Positions 1 to 9,054 of a DNA stretch of 64,000 bases are shown piece after piece. Each line of letters opens with the position of its first letter. The stretch's first letter is position 1. Origin of the DNA: Chloroflexota bacterium (GTDB taxonomy: Bacteria > Chloroflexota > Limnocylindria > Limnocylindrales > CSP1-4); contig PLMA01000042.1 of NCBI GenBank assembly GCA_003141455.1, positions 114,953-178,952 on the forward strand. Direction: 5' to 3'. The notes beneath the pieces were generated by a model. That model did not search any database. It was not told the DNA's origin and was given only the letters and a program-made list of their open reading frames with translations. The translations under genes were made by a program, and so were the position numbers.

Positions 1-308
1 ACCGAGAGATCGTCTCCGGGATCGGGAACAAGGACGCCATCGCGAAGAAGGCGCTGGTCGAGGCATTCGTGTCGTTCAGCAGCCGGATCGGGGCCCAGGT
101 GATCGCCGAAGGGATCGAGAACCGGCGCGACCTGGTGGCGCTCCAGGAGCGCGAGGTGGACTTCGGACAGGGCTACTTGCTCGGACGATCCTCTCTGACC
201 CCCGTCCAACCGCGGCGCCTTTCCGATATCGACGAGCTGAAGCTCGGGATCCCGACCGTGGGCACCTGGGATGGCAAGGTCCGGCCGCCGGTCGCGTCGG
301 GGCAGTAG
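1..308 (+). CDS. C-terminal fragment of an EAL-domain (c-di-GMP phosphodiesterase-like) protein; the gene starts upstream of the window
   Basis: The frame is open from nt 3. The translation ...VIAEGIENRRDLVALQEREVDFGQGYLLGRS matches the conserved C-terminal EAL motifs (AEGVE...QGY). Stop codon at 306-308. Confidence 0.5.
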   Translation, partial: REIVSGIGNKDAIAKKALVEAFVSFSSRIGAQVIAEGIENRRDLVALQEREVDFGQGYLLGRSSLTPVQPRRLSDIDELKLGIPTVGTWDGKVRPPVASGQ

Positions 309-430
309 CGGCCCAAGGGCAGGGTCCGGCGGAGGTTCCGGCACGGACACCCAAGCGGAGAGTGGCCACGGCAGGCAGCGCGTGCCGGCGCTACCATCGA
401 GCCGACGCATAGCCGCAACTCGCGAGACCG

Positions 431-865
431 ATGACCGCCCCGAACCTGACAGCAGCACCCTTCCCCACTCTCTCGGCGGCTGCGCGCCGTTTCCTCGAGG
501 CACCGCGGTTCGGGATCGTGGCGACCATCAACCCCGACGGCAGCCCGCTCCAGGCGGTCGTCTGGTATGTGCTCGAGACCGACACGATCGTCTTCAACAG
601 TCGCGCAGGACGCCGGTGGCCGTGCAACCTGCAGCGCGACGCTCGAGTCTCCATCACGGTGGCCGACGGCTACGACTACGCCGAGATGCGCGGTCGGGTT
701 GAGATCGACGAAGATCCTGATCTCGGCCAGGCCGTCATCGCCCAACTGGCCCGCCGCTACAGGAGCGACAGTGCGGTGGCCGAGGCAGACATCGAGGGCT
801 TCCAAAAGCAGCGCCGGGTGACCTTTCGGCTCCGCCCGGAACGGGTTTTCGAGCGCTTCCGCTGA
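431..865 (+). CDS. PPOX-class (pyridoxamine 5'-phosphate oxidase-like) F420-dependent enzyme family protein
   Basis: 144-aa ORF. The motif FGIVATINPDGSPLQAVVWY...DTIVFNSRAGRRW is typical of the PPOX-class F420-dependent/FMN-binding split-barrel family. Confidence 0.7.
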   Translation: MTAPNLTAAPFPTLSAAARRFLEAPRFGIVATINPDGSPLQAVVWYVLETDTIVFNSRAGRRWPCNLQRDARVSITVADGYDYAEMRGRVEIDEDPDLGQAVIAQLARRYRSDSAVAEADIEGFQKQRRVTFRLRPERVFERFR

Positions 866-912
866 CGAGCGCGTCGCAAGCGACGGGATTTCGCCCCGGG
901 AAGGAGTCACAT

Positions 913-1902
913 ATGGGCCAGCCGAAGATCGGCTACGCGGCGATGCTCGAGCAATTCGGGCCCGACGAGGTCCTCGACCTTTGCGCCGGGGCGGAGGCAG
1001 CCGGCTTCTCCGGCGTCATGGCCGCCGACCATTTCCAGCCCTGGACCCCGCAACAGGGACAGGCGTCGTTCGTCTGGGAGGTCCTCGCGATCGCGGGCGC
1101 CCGCACGAAGGGCGACCTGGGCCCCGGCGTCACATGCCCGTCATTCCGTATGCATCCGGCTATCGTCGCCCAGGCCGCGGCCACGCTCGAGGTGATGTAC
1201 CCGGGACGAACCTGGCTGGGTCTGGGCTCCGGGGAGGCCCTCAACGAGCACATCGTGGCCAGCTACTGGCCTGAGACTCCGGAGCGGATCAACCGCATGT
1301 TCGAGGCGGTCGAAATCATCCGGAAGCTGTTCTCGGGCAAAGACGTGAAGCACGACGGCCGCTACTTCAAGCTCGAGACGACGCGGCTGTGGACGATGCC
1401 CAACGTTCCGCCGCCGATCTACATCGCGACCGCCGGTCCCGTCACCGCCAAGCGGACGGGCGCGCTCGCCGATGGCCTGATCACCGTCGGAGCGCCTGAA
1501 GGCAAGATCGAGATGATCTTCGACAAGTGCCGTGAGGGCTGTCGAGAGGCCGGCCGCGATCCCGATCGGTTCAAGTACATCCTCCAGCTCCACCTCTCCT
1601 GGGCCGAGACGGACGAACTGGCCGTTCGCAACGCCATGGAGGAGTGGCCCAACGGCGGGATGAAGTTCCCTAAGGCGGACATCCGATCGCCGGGCGACTT
1701 CGAGCAGATGGCCAAGCTCGTTCGACCTGAGGACTTCGCGGGCCGGATGGTGATGTCCGCGGACCTCGAGGTCCATCGCAAGCAGATCCAGAAGTTCCTT
1801 GACATGGGATTCGACCAGATCTACCTGCACAACGTCGGCCGGAACCAGGCCGAATGGATCGATGCGTTCGGTCGTGAGGTCCTGCCGGGGCTGACCGCCT
1901 GA
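913..1902 (+). CDS. LLM-class F420-dependent oxidoreductase (luciferase-like monooxygenase family, F420-dependent G6PD-like)
   Basis: 329-aa ORF with luciferase-like TIM-barrel motifs (GFSGVMAADHFQPW, LGLGSGEALNEH). A GGAG-like RBS (aaggag) sits 6 nt upstream of the ATG. Confidence 0.8.
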   Translation: MGQPKIGYAAMLEQFGPDEVLDLCAGAEAAGFSGVMAADHFQPWTPQQGQASFVWEVLAIAGARTKGDLGPGVTCPSFRMHPAIVAQAAATLEVMYPGRTWLGLGSGEALNEHIVASYWPETPERINRMFEAVEIIRKLFSGKDVKHDGRYFKLETTRLWTMPNVPPPIYIATAGPVTAKRTGALADGLITVGAPEGKIEMIFDKCREGCREAGRDPDRFKYILQLHLSWAETDELAVRNAMEEWPNGGMKFPKADIRSPGDFEQMAKLVRPEDFAGRMVMSADLEVHRKQIQKFLDMGFDQIYLHNVGRNQAEWIDAFGREVLPGLTA

Positions 1903-1921
1903 ACCGCAGAGGAGGCGCCAC

Positions 1922-2863
1922 GTGTCTGCCGTCAAACTCGGACTGCTCTGCTGGAACCAGAACACCGACTGGCCGTCGCTTCATGCGGCGGGGGTTCGAG
2001 CCGACCGGCTCGGCTACGACAGCCTGTGGGCCTGGGACCACCTCTACCCGATCGTCGGCGACCCGGACGGGCCGTTCTACGAGGGTTGGCTGACGATTGC
2101 GGCCTGGGCCGCCGCCACCGAGCGCATCCGAGTCGGGCTCATGGTCGGCGCCAACCCGTACCGGAACCCGGCCCTGGTCGCCAAGATGGCAACCACCCTG
2201 GACCACATCAGCGGCGGGCGTACCTACCTGGGGATCGGGGCGGCCTGGAACGAGTACGAAGCCGGCGACTTCGGGATCGAGTTCGGGTCGGGGATACCGG
2301 AGCGTCTGCGCTGGCTCGGCGAGGCACTGCCGATCCTGCGGGGGATGCTTAACGGAGAGGCGCCTACTGCCTCCGGCCCTCACTACCACGCCGTCCACGT
2401 CCGCAACGACCCGGCGCCACTCCAGCCGCGACTCCCGATCCTGATCGGCGGCGGCGGCGAGCAGGTGACTCTCAAGCTGGTCGCGCAGTATGCGGATGCC
2501 GACAACCTGGGCGGAGGATTCGAGACGGTCAAGCGCAAGGATGAGATCCTGCGCCGCCACTGCGAGGCCGTGGGCCGCGACGAGAGCGAGATCGAGCGAA
2601 CGACGGGCGTCGGGGTGGTGGTGATCCGGGACTCGCACGCCGAAGCTCAGCGGGTCTACCGACGGCTGTTCGAGGTCAACCGCGTTGCACAGCTCTGGCA
2701 GGACCAGCCCGTGGGCACACCCGAGGAAGTCATCGAGATGCTGTCGCCGTACCTGAGCATCGGCTACCGTCACCTGATTGCGGGCCACCCGGCGCCGTAC
2801 GATGAGGAATCGGCGGTTCGCCTGGCGAAGGAGGTCCGGCCGGCGCTCGAAAGGGTCGGCTGA
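1922..2863 (+). CDS. LLM-class F420-dependent oxidoreductase
   Basis: 313-aa ORF with a GTG start. Motifs GYDSLWAWDHLYP, YLGIGAAWNEYE and ILIGGGGEQVTLKLVAQYAD are characteristic of the F420-dependent luciferase-like family. Confidence 0.8.
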   Translation: MSAVKLGLLCWNQNTDWPSLHAAGVRADRLGYDSLWAWDHLYPIVGDPDGPFYEGWLTIAAWAAATERIRVGLMVGANPYRNPALVAKMATTLDHISGGRTYLGIGAAWNEYEAGDFGIEFGSGIPERLRWLGEALPILRGMLNGEAPTASGPHYHAVHVRNDPAPLQPRLPILIGGGGEQVTLKLVAQYADADNLGGGFETVKRKDEILRRHCEAVGRDESEIERTTGVGVVVIRDSHAEAQRVYRRLFEVNRVAQLWQDQPVGTPEEVIEMLSPYLSIGYRHLIAGHPAPYDEESAVRLAKEVRPALERVG

Positions 2864-2966
2864 GCAGGCTCGATCGGACTCTGATCGGGACATCGGCACC
2901 TGCCGGCGCTAACCTTCCCTGCATCGATGTGGCCTGCATCGATATGGCCGTCGAACGGGAGGAGCG

Positions 2967-3962
2967 ATGCGCGTCGTCTGTCTGGCCGGGGGCGTGGGCG
3001 GGGCGAAGCTCGCCGACGGCCTCCAGCAGGAGCTGGCGCCGGGCGAGCTGACGGTCATCGTCAACACCGGCGACGACCTCGAGCGCCACTCCCTGACCAT
3101 CTGGCCGGACCACGACACCGTCCTGTACACGCTGGCCGGCATCGCCGAGCCGGGCCAGGGCTGGGGTATCGCCGGCGAGACCTGGCAGGTCATGGGCCAG
3201 CTCGCCCGGCTGGGCGAAGAGACGTGGTTCCGGCTGGGCGACAAGGACATCGCCACTCACCTGTACCGAACCGCGAGACTCCGCGGCGGCGCCCGGCCCA
3301 CCGAAATCGCGCTCGACATGTCTCGGGCTCTCGGCGTCCCGTCGCGCATCCTGCCTATGACAGACCAGTCGGTTCGAACCCGACTCCGCACCGACGACGG
3401 CTGGCTCGACTTCCAGGATTACTTCGTCCGGCTGCGCCAGACTCCCGACGTTCGAGAGGTCCGGTTCGAGGGAATCGAGTCGGCGAGCCTGACCCCCGAG
3501 TGCCGGGAGGCCATCCGCTCGGCCGAGACGATCGTGATCGCCCCATCCAATCCGATCGTCTCGATCGGGCCGATCCTGGCTGTGCCGGGGCTGCTGGCCG
3601 AGATCCTGGCTGCCCGCTCCCGCGGTGTCCCGACGGTCGGGGTCTCCGGCATCGTGGGCGGCAAGGCCCTGCGCGGCCCGGCCGACAGGATGATGTCCGG
3701 GCTCGGCGAGGAGTCGTCGGCGCTCGGAGTGGCCCGGCGGTACGCCGCCCAGGAGTTGCTCGACCTCCTGTTCATCGACCGTGAGGACGACGCCCTCGCG
3801 GATCCGATCAGAGCGCTGGGGCCCGATGTCGTGGTCACGGACACGATCATGACGAGCAATTCGTCGCGAGCTCGACTTGCCCGCGAGATGCTCGACGCGG
3901 CGGCCGCCATGCGAGCCAAACGAGATCCAGCCATGGATCCGGAACCGAGGGCGCGGCCGTGA
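2967..3962 (+). CDS. cofD: 2-phospho-L-lactate transferase (CofD/FbiA), coenzyme F420 biosynthesis
   Basis: 331-aa ORF. The N-terminus MRVVCLAGGVGGAKLADGL is the CofD/YvcK-family glycine-rich motif, and the length and downstream motifs fit CofD. It is followed directly by cofC and cofE. Confidence 0.85.
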   Translation: MRVVCLAGGVGGAKLADGLQQELAPGELTVIVNTGDDLERHSLTIWPDHDTVLYTLAGIAEPGQGWGIAGETWQVMGQLARLGEETWFRLGDKDIATHLYRTARLRGGARPTEIALDMSRALGVPSRILPMTDQSVRTRLRTDDGWLDFQDYFVRLRQTPDVREVRFEGIESASLTPECREAIRSAETIVIAPSNPIVSIGPILAVPGLLAEILAARSRGVPTVGVSGIVGGKALRGPADRMMSGLGEESSALGVARRYAAQELLDLLFIDREDDALADPIRALGPDVVVTDTIMTSNSSRARLAREMLDAAAAMRAKRDPAMDPEPRARP

Positions 3963-4603
3963 CCGTCACGGACCTGTCCCGCATCGTCGCCCTGGTGCCG
4001 GTGCGATCGCTCAGCGGGGCAAAGTCCCGCCTTGGCGAGCCGCTGGATCCGGAGGAGAGAGCCGACCTGATCCTGGCGCTTCTTCGCCGCACCGTCGAGG
4101 CCGCGCGGGCGGCCAGACGCCTGGCCGGCGTGATGGTCGTCTCCATGGACCCCGAGCTCCTGGAGCGGGCCCGCTCCATGGGCGCTGCCACGCTCCGGCA
4201 GGAGACCGACGGGCTCAACGAAGCCCTGGTCGAGGCCCGCCTCGCCGCCAGCCCCGCTACGGCCGTGGTCGCGCTGCCGGCGGACCTCCCCGGCATCACT
4301 GCCTCCGCGATAGACCAGCTGGCCCAGACGGCGGAGCGGGCGCTGCGAGAAGCCCCAGACCGACCGGTTGTCGTCCTGGTCCCCGACCGGCACGGTTGCG
4401 GCACTAATGCCCTGCTCCTGGCTCCGCCCACGGCCATCGACTTTCGTTTCGGCGAGGGGAGTCGAGCCGCCCACGCGGCGGCGGCCGTGGCCGCCGGCGC
4501 CATCTACCTGGAGTTGGAGGGGCCACTCTCCTTCGACGTCGATACGCCCGACGACCTGCTGGAGGCGGACCGGCGCGGACTCGACCACGAGGCCGGGCGG
4601 TGA
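3959..4603 (+). CDS. cofC: 2-phospho-L-lactate guanylyltransferase (CofC/FbiD)
   Basis: 214-aa ORF. Its start overlaps the cofD stop (ATGA). MobA-like nucleotidyltransferase fold motifs (ALVPVRSLSGAKSRL, VALPADLP) and its position between cofD and cofE support the call. Confidence 0.75.
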   Translation: MTVTDLSRIVALVPVRSLSGAKSRLGEPLDPEERADLILALLRRTVEAARAARRLAGVMVVSMDPELLERARSMGAATLRQETDGLNEALVEARLAASPATAVVALPADLPGITASAIDQLAQTAERALREAPDRPVVVLVPDRHGCGTNALLLAPPTAIDFRFGEGSRAAHAAAAVAAGAIYLELEGPLSFDVDTPDDLLEADRRGLDHEAGR

Positions 4604-5403
4604 GCCCCGATCCGATCGCGCGAGGCGCCGCTCAGCCTGACGGACGCGTCACGGTGATCGCCCTCGAAGGCGTGCCGGAGATCCGCCCAGGCGACGACCT
4701 GGCGGCGGCGCTCGTGGAGGCGCTGCGAGTGACGCCCCTGGCGCTGCCACTCCGAGACGACGATGTCCTTGTCGTGACCCAGAAGGTCGTCTCGAAGGCC
4801 GAGGGCGCGATCGTCGATCTGACGGCCGTCGAGCCGCGCCCGGAGCTCGTGGCTTTCGCCGAGCGCTGGGACCGCGACGCCCGCCAGCTGGAGGTCGTCC
4901 TGCGGGAGGCCCGCCGTGTCGTCCGCATGGCAAACGGTGTGCTAATCACCGAGACTCACCACGGCTTCATCTGCGCCAACGGCGGGGTCGACGCTTCCAA
5001 CATGGGGCCATTGAGCGGGGACGTGGTGACGCTGCTGCCCGTCGACCCGGACGCGTCGGCCGCCGGGATACGCGCGGCTGTCGAACGGGCATTCAGCGTG
5101 GACGTGCCCGTCCTCATCTCGGACAGCTTCGGGCGAACGTGGCGGTGGGGCATCACGGACGTCGCCATCGGCGTAAGCGGCATGCTCCCGCTCGACGATC
5201 TGCGCGGCACCCCGGACGCGGACGGCCGCATCATGCGCAGCACGGTTCGCGCCACTGCCGACGAGATCGCTACGGCCGCCGAGCTGGCGCTGGGCAAGAT
5301 CGCCAGGAGGCCTGCGGCGATCGTTCGGGGCGCGCATCCGACCCGCGGCGAGGGCAGGATCGTCGACGTGCTGATGCCCCGCGAGATGGACCTCTTTCCG
5401 TGA
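4600..5403 (+). CDS. cofE: Coenzyme F420-0:L-glutamate ligase (CofE), standalone with no fused nitroreductase domain
   Basis: 267-aa ORF overlapping the cofC stop. Motifs DDVLVVTQKVVSKAEG and ITETHHGFICANGGVD are typical of CofE. There is no FbiB-type C-terminal NTR domain. Confidence 0.8.
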   Translation: MSPDPIARGAAQPDGRVTVIALEGVPEIRPGDDLAAALVEALRVTPLALPLRDDDVLVVTQKVVSKAEGAIVDLTAVEPRPELVAFAERWDRDARQLEVVLREARRVVRMANGVLITETHHGFICANGGVDASNMGPLSGDVVTLLPVDPDASAAGIRAAVERAFSVDVPVLISDSFGRTWRWGITDVAIGVSGMLPLDDLRGTPDADGRIMRSTVRATADEIATAAELALGKIARRPAAIVRGAHPTRGEGRIVDVLMPREMDLFP

Positions 5404-5493
5404 CCGGCAGTACCCGCCGGGCGCCCGGCAAAGCTTCCGCTCCGACCAGCCCGACGCCCGGTCTGGGGGCCGCGCCGATGTCTGCCGCCGGCA

Positions 5494-6462
5494 ATGCGGC
5501 GGCGCCCACACCGGCTCTCGGCAACGCGGCCCTCCTCTCGCCGGGTGCTTGACGTTCGGCCGGTCTCGGCCAGCTTCCCCGCCCCCCAGCCGGTCGATCT
5601 CCGACTGACGCTGGCGCCGCTCCAGCACGGTAGCGGCGACCCGACCATCCGTCTCGCCCGAAACGGCGTATGGCTCACCCGCCGGACGGAGGCGGGCCCG
5701 GCGACTCTCCGCCTCTGGACTGACGACGCCGCCGACGCGGTCCGGGCCGAAGCCTGGGGGCCCGGTGCGGCAACGGCCCTGCTGGCCGCGCCGGGACTGG
5801 CGGGACTGCTGGACGATCCGACTCCGCTGAAGCCCCAGCATGCGCTGCTCCGCGAGCTGCAGCGTCGATTCGCCGGCCTGCGGCTGCCCCGCACCGGGCA
5901 GCTGCTGCCGGCGCTCGTGCCGGCGGTCCTCGGGCAGAAGGTGACTGCAGGCGAAGCACTCGCGGCATATTCCGCCATCGTCCGCCGCTTCGGAGAGCCG
6001 GCACCCGGACCCGCCGGCCTTCTCCTGGCACCTGCCGCTGCCCGCCTCGCGGAAGTTCCCTACTTCGAGTTCCATTCCCTGGGCCTCGAACGACGCCGGT
6101 CCGAGCTCCTGGCGCTGATCGGCCTGCGCGAGTCCGGCATCGAAGCCCTGATGGCGCTTCCGCCTGCCGAGGCGTACGCCAGCCTACAGAAGATACGGGG
6201 CATCGGTCCGTGGACCGCGGCCGAGACCACGCGGATTGCCTTCGGCGATCCCGACGCGGTCAGTCTCGGCGATGCTCATCTCCCCGATCTGGTGGCGTGG
6301 ACGCTCGCTGGAGAGCCTCGGGCCGACGATGCGCGAATGCTCGAGCTGCTGGAGCCGTACCGCGGCCAGCGAGCCCGCGTGGTCCGTCTGCTGGAGGCGT
6401 CCGGAATCAGAATCCCGCGCTTCGGGCCGCGCTTCGCGCCCCGCAGGATCGGCCGCATCTAG
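5494..6462 (+). CDS. DNA-3-methyladenine glycosylase II family protein (AlkA-like, HhH-GPD)
   Basis: A C-terminal HhH-GPD signature (LQKIRGIGPWTAAETTRIAFGDPDAVSLGDAHL) with an AlkA-like N-terminal domain. The true start may lie downstream of 5494. Confidence 0.65.
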   Translation: MRRRPHRLSATRPSSRRVLDVRPVSASFPAPQPVDLRLTLAPLQHGSGDPTIRLARNGVWLTRRTEAGPATLRLWTDDAADAVRAEAWGPGAATALLAAPGLAGLLDDPTPLKPQHALLRELQRRFAGLRLPRTGQLLPALVPAVLGQKVTAGEALAAYSAIVRRFGEPAPGPAGLLLAPAAARLAEVPYFEFHSLGLERRRSELLALIGLRESGIEALMALPPAEAYASLQKIRGIGPWTAAETTRIAFGDPDAVSLGDAHLPDLVAWTLAGEPRADDARMLELLEPYRGQRARVVRLLEASGIRIPRFGPRFAPRRIGRI

Positions 6463-6507
6463 ATCGGACGCCTCCGCCGGAGGCGACGTCTGCCCACGCC
6501 CCTCGCG

Positions 6508-7776
6508 CTAGCAGGCCGCCAGGTAGTTGCAGGGGTTGGCGGCGTCGGCGGTGGTGCCCAAGCCCCACGGATAGCCGAGCCATACCTCGAAGTGGAGGTG
6601 CGGGCCCGTGGCCTCACCCGTGTGGCCGACCAACCCGACGCGCTGCCCGGCCGACACCTTCTGGCCCACTCTAACGTTCCAGTACGAGAGGTGGTTGTAC
6701 GTCGTGTAGAGCTTGGCTCCGTGCTGGATCCAAACGACGTTTCCGCCACCCGAATAGCCCCGATTGCCGACCAACACCACAGTTCCGGCGGCGGCGGCCA
6801 CGACCGGCGTCCCCTCGCTGGCGGCGATGTCGAGGGCGCGATGGCCCGACCAGTAGTACTGGCTGATGTAGTTGTAACCTGCGACCGGCCAGACGAACCC
6901 GCCACCACGACTGGACGATCCCGACCCGGACCCGGACTTCGACGCCGGCATCGGCCCGCCGCTCGCCCCTGGGATGAGGAGTGTCTGGCCGAGCACGACA
7001 TTGGTATCTGGCAGGTTGTTGACGTCGGCGATGTCCTGCGCGGAGACCTTGTATTTGGCGGCCAGCGAGTCCAGCGTGTCTTTGGCCCCCACCTTCACCA
7101 GGACGCCGTCTATCGGCGGAATCAGAAGCTGCTGGCCGGGGCGGAGCGAGTCGGGATTCGGGACTTGCGCCTTGTTGGCCCAGTAGATCGTGGGTGTGGC
7201 CAGCTCGAACCTGTGGGCGATCTGGTTGAGCGTATCGCCCGGCTGCACGGCGTAGGTCAGCAACATGCTCTTGGCATCCGTGGCGACGCCGGGGTTCTGC
7301 ATCGTGTTCGGGATCGAGCCGTCGCCGAGGTACAGATTGCCCGCGTCGGTGGGCTCCGGGCTGGCCGTCGGGTCACTCGACGCCGACGCCTCGACTGCAC
7401 CGAGCGCCGGAGCGCTGGCGGCGGGCCGAGCCGCGGCCGACGCGGACTGTACGACCGGCAGCGAGCTGATGACGGCCGCGGCCACCAGAAGCAAGCAGAC
7501 TCCGACCGGGACGAGGCGCTCGAAGATGTCATGCCGGTCGAGGTTCCCTGCGATCCGGCGGAACACGTCACCCGTCGCGAACGGGCGCCTACCGGATGAC
7601 GCCGGGACTGAGGAGGCCCCCGCCGGGCCGCCTCCCGCTCGAGATCGGCCGCGCCCAACGAGCTCGCTCACTGCGTCGGAAACCGGCGTCATGAAGGACC
7701 GCAGGCCGGCCGCGGAAATCGCAGGCAGAGCGACGTGGGAGAGTGCCCGGCTGACGGCAGCCGCTGCTCGATGCAA
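6508..7776 (-). CDS. LysM-domain M23 family metallopeptidase (membrane-anchored cell-wall hydrolase)
   Basis: 422-aa ORF with one predicted TM helix and two LysM repeats (YAVQPGDTLNQIAHRF; VKVGAKDTLDSLAAKYKV). The C-terminal M23 motifs are HRALDIAA...HTGEATGPHLHFEV. An internal start such as MTPVSD is possible. Confidence 0.8.
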   Translation of the reverse strand: MHRAAAAVSRALSHVALPAISAAGLRSFMTPVSDAVSELVGRGRSRAGGGPAGASSVPASSGRRPFATGDVFRRIAGNLDRHDIFERLVPVGVCLLLVAAAVISSLPVVQSASAAARPAASAPALGAVEASASSDPTASPEPTDAGNLYLGDGSIPNTMQNPGVATDAKSMLLTYAVQPGDTLNQIAHRFELATPTIYWANKAQVPNPDSLRPGQQLLIPPIDGVLVKVGAKDTLDSLAAKYKVSAQDIADVNNLPDTNVVLGQTLLIPGASGGPMPASKSGSGSGSSSRGGGFVWPVAGYNYISQYYWSGHRALDIAASEGTPVVAAAAGTVVLVGNRGYSGGGNVVWIQHGAKLYTTYNHLSYWNVRVGQKVSAGQRVGLVGHTGEATGPHLHFEVWLGYPWGLGTTADAANPCNYLAAC

Positions 7777-8045
7777 TACGGGCTCCTGTGCGGGGAATGG
7801 CTCCGAGAATAGGCTGGAGGGCTGCGGGGATCGGCAGGAACCCTAGCAGAGCGGCGAAAACCGCGCAAACGCGACGGGGCCCGGCAACCTTGGGCGGGCG
7901 GCCGGCTCTATGAGCGGCCCGGTCCCGGCTCGACTTCCAGGATCGCCGGCAAATCGGGCACGACCGCGGGCCGGTGCTACCCTGTCGCCACTGCCCAAGA
8001 CCCTAGATCCATGCGCCGGCCTGGCCGCCGGCAGGGAGTCCAGTC

Positions 8046-8939
8046 GTGAAGCTCGGCCTGCAAATCCCCTCGTTTACCTGGCCCGGTGGCGACGCCGCGA
8101 TCGGCCCGACGCTGGCCCGCATCGCCGAAGCCGCGGACGCGGCCGGCTTCGACTCGCTATGGGTGATGGACCACTTCTATCAGATCCGCGGTGTCGGCCG
8201 GCCCGAGGAGCCGATGCTCGAAGGCTGGACGGCCCTGGGCTACATGGCCGCCCACTCGAAGCGGGCAACACTGGGCCTGATGGTGGGCGGCGTGCACTAT
8301 CGCCTGCCGGCCATCTGGGCCAAGGCCGCCACGACGCTGGACGTGCTCAGCGGCGGGCGCGCCTATCTCGGCATCGGGGCCGCGTGGAACGAGGAGGAGA
8401 GCCACGGCCTGGGCTTCCCGATGCCGCCCCTCGGCGTGCGCTTCGAGATGCTCGAGGAGACACTCCAGATCTGCCATTCGATGTGGCAGGGCGAGCGCGG
8501 TTCCGAGAAGGCCTTCGAGGGCAGTCACTACCAGGCGTCGCGGCTGCTCAACTCGCCCCAGGCGATCAGCAAGCCTCATCCCCGGATCCTGATCGGCGGC
8601 GGCGGCGAGCAGAAGACCCTGCGCCTGGTGGCCAAGTACGCCGACGCCTGCAACATCTTCGGCGGTCCGGACCAGCTGACTCACAAGTTCGGAGTCCTGC
8701 GCGAGCGCTGCGCCGAGGTCGGACGACCGTTCGACGAGATCGAGCGCACGAACCTCCAGTCGATCGACCTGGAGCGCGACGGCCCAGCCCAGGTGATCGC
8801 GCGGTTCCGAGCCCTGGCCGCGGTGGGCGTTCAGCACGTCATCTTCAGCGTGGCGAACGTCTGGGACATCCGGAACATCGAGACACTTGGCCGCGATGTG
8901 ATCCCTTCCATCCACGACCTCGAGGCTGCGGCCCTCTAG
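8046..8939 (+). CDS. LLM-class F420-dependent oxidoreductase
   Basis: 297-aa ORF with a GTG start. Motifs GFDSLWVMDHFYQ, YLGIGAAWNEEE and ILIGGGGEQKTLRLVAKYAD make it a paralog of the 1922..2863 gene. Confidence 0.8.
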   Translation: MKLGLQIPSFTWPGGDAAIGPTLARIAEAADAAGFDSLWVMDHFYQIRGVGRPEEPMLEGWTALGYMAAHSKRATLGLMVGGVHYRLPAIWAKAATTLDVLSGGRAYLGIGAAWNEEESHGLGFPMPPLGVRFEMLEETLQICHSMWQGERGSEKAFEGSHYQASRLLNSPQAISKPHPRILIGGGGEQKTLRLVAKYADACNIFGGPDQLTHKFGVLRERCAEVGRPFDEIERTNLQSIDLERDGPAQVIARFRALAAVGVQHVIFSVANVWDIRNIETLGRDVIPSIHDLEAAAL

Positions 8940-9054
8940 GAGCGAACCGATGGCGGACGCTTCCGCTACAACGGGCGCAACCGGGCGCCCGATGGGCCCA
9001 TCGGGCGCGACGATATACTCCCCGGGAGTATCCGCGCCGTGTTAGGATTAGCGC

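Noticed and set aside
3355-3375. tRNA-like GGTTCGAACCC (T-loop-like) string
   Set aside because: It lies inside the cofD coding frame. No flanking acceptor or anticodon stem structure is present.
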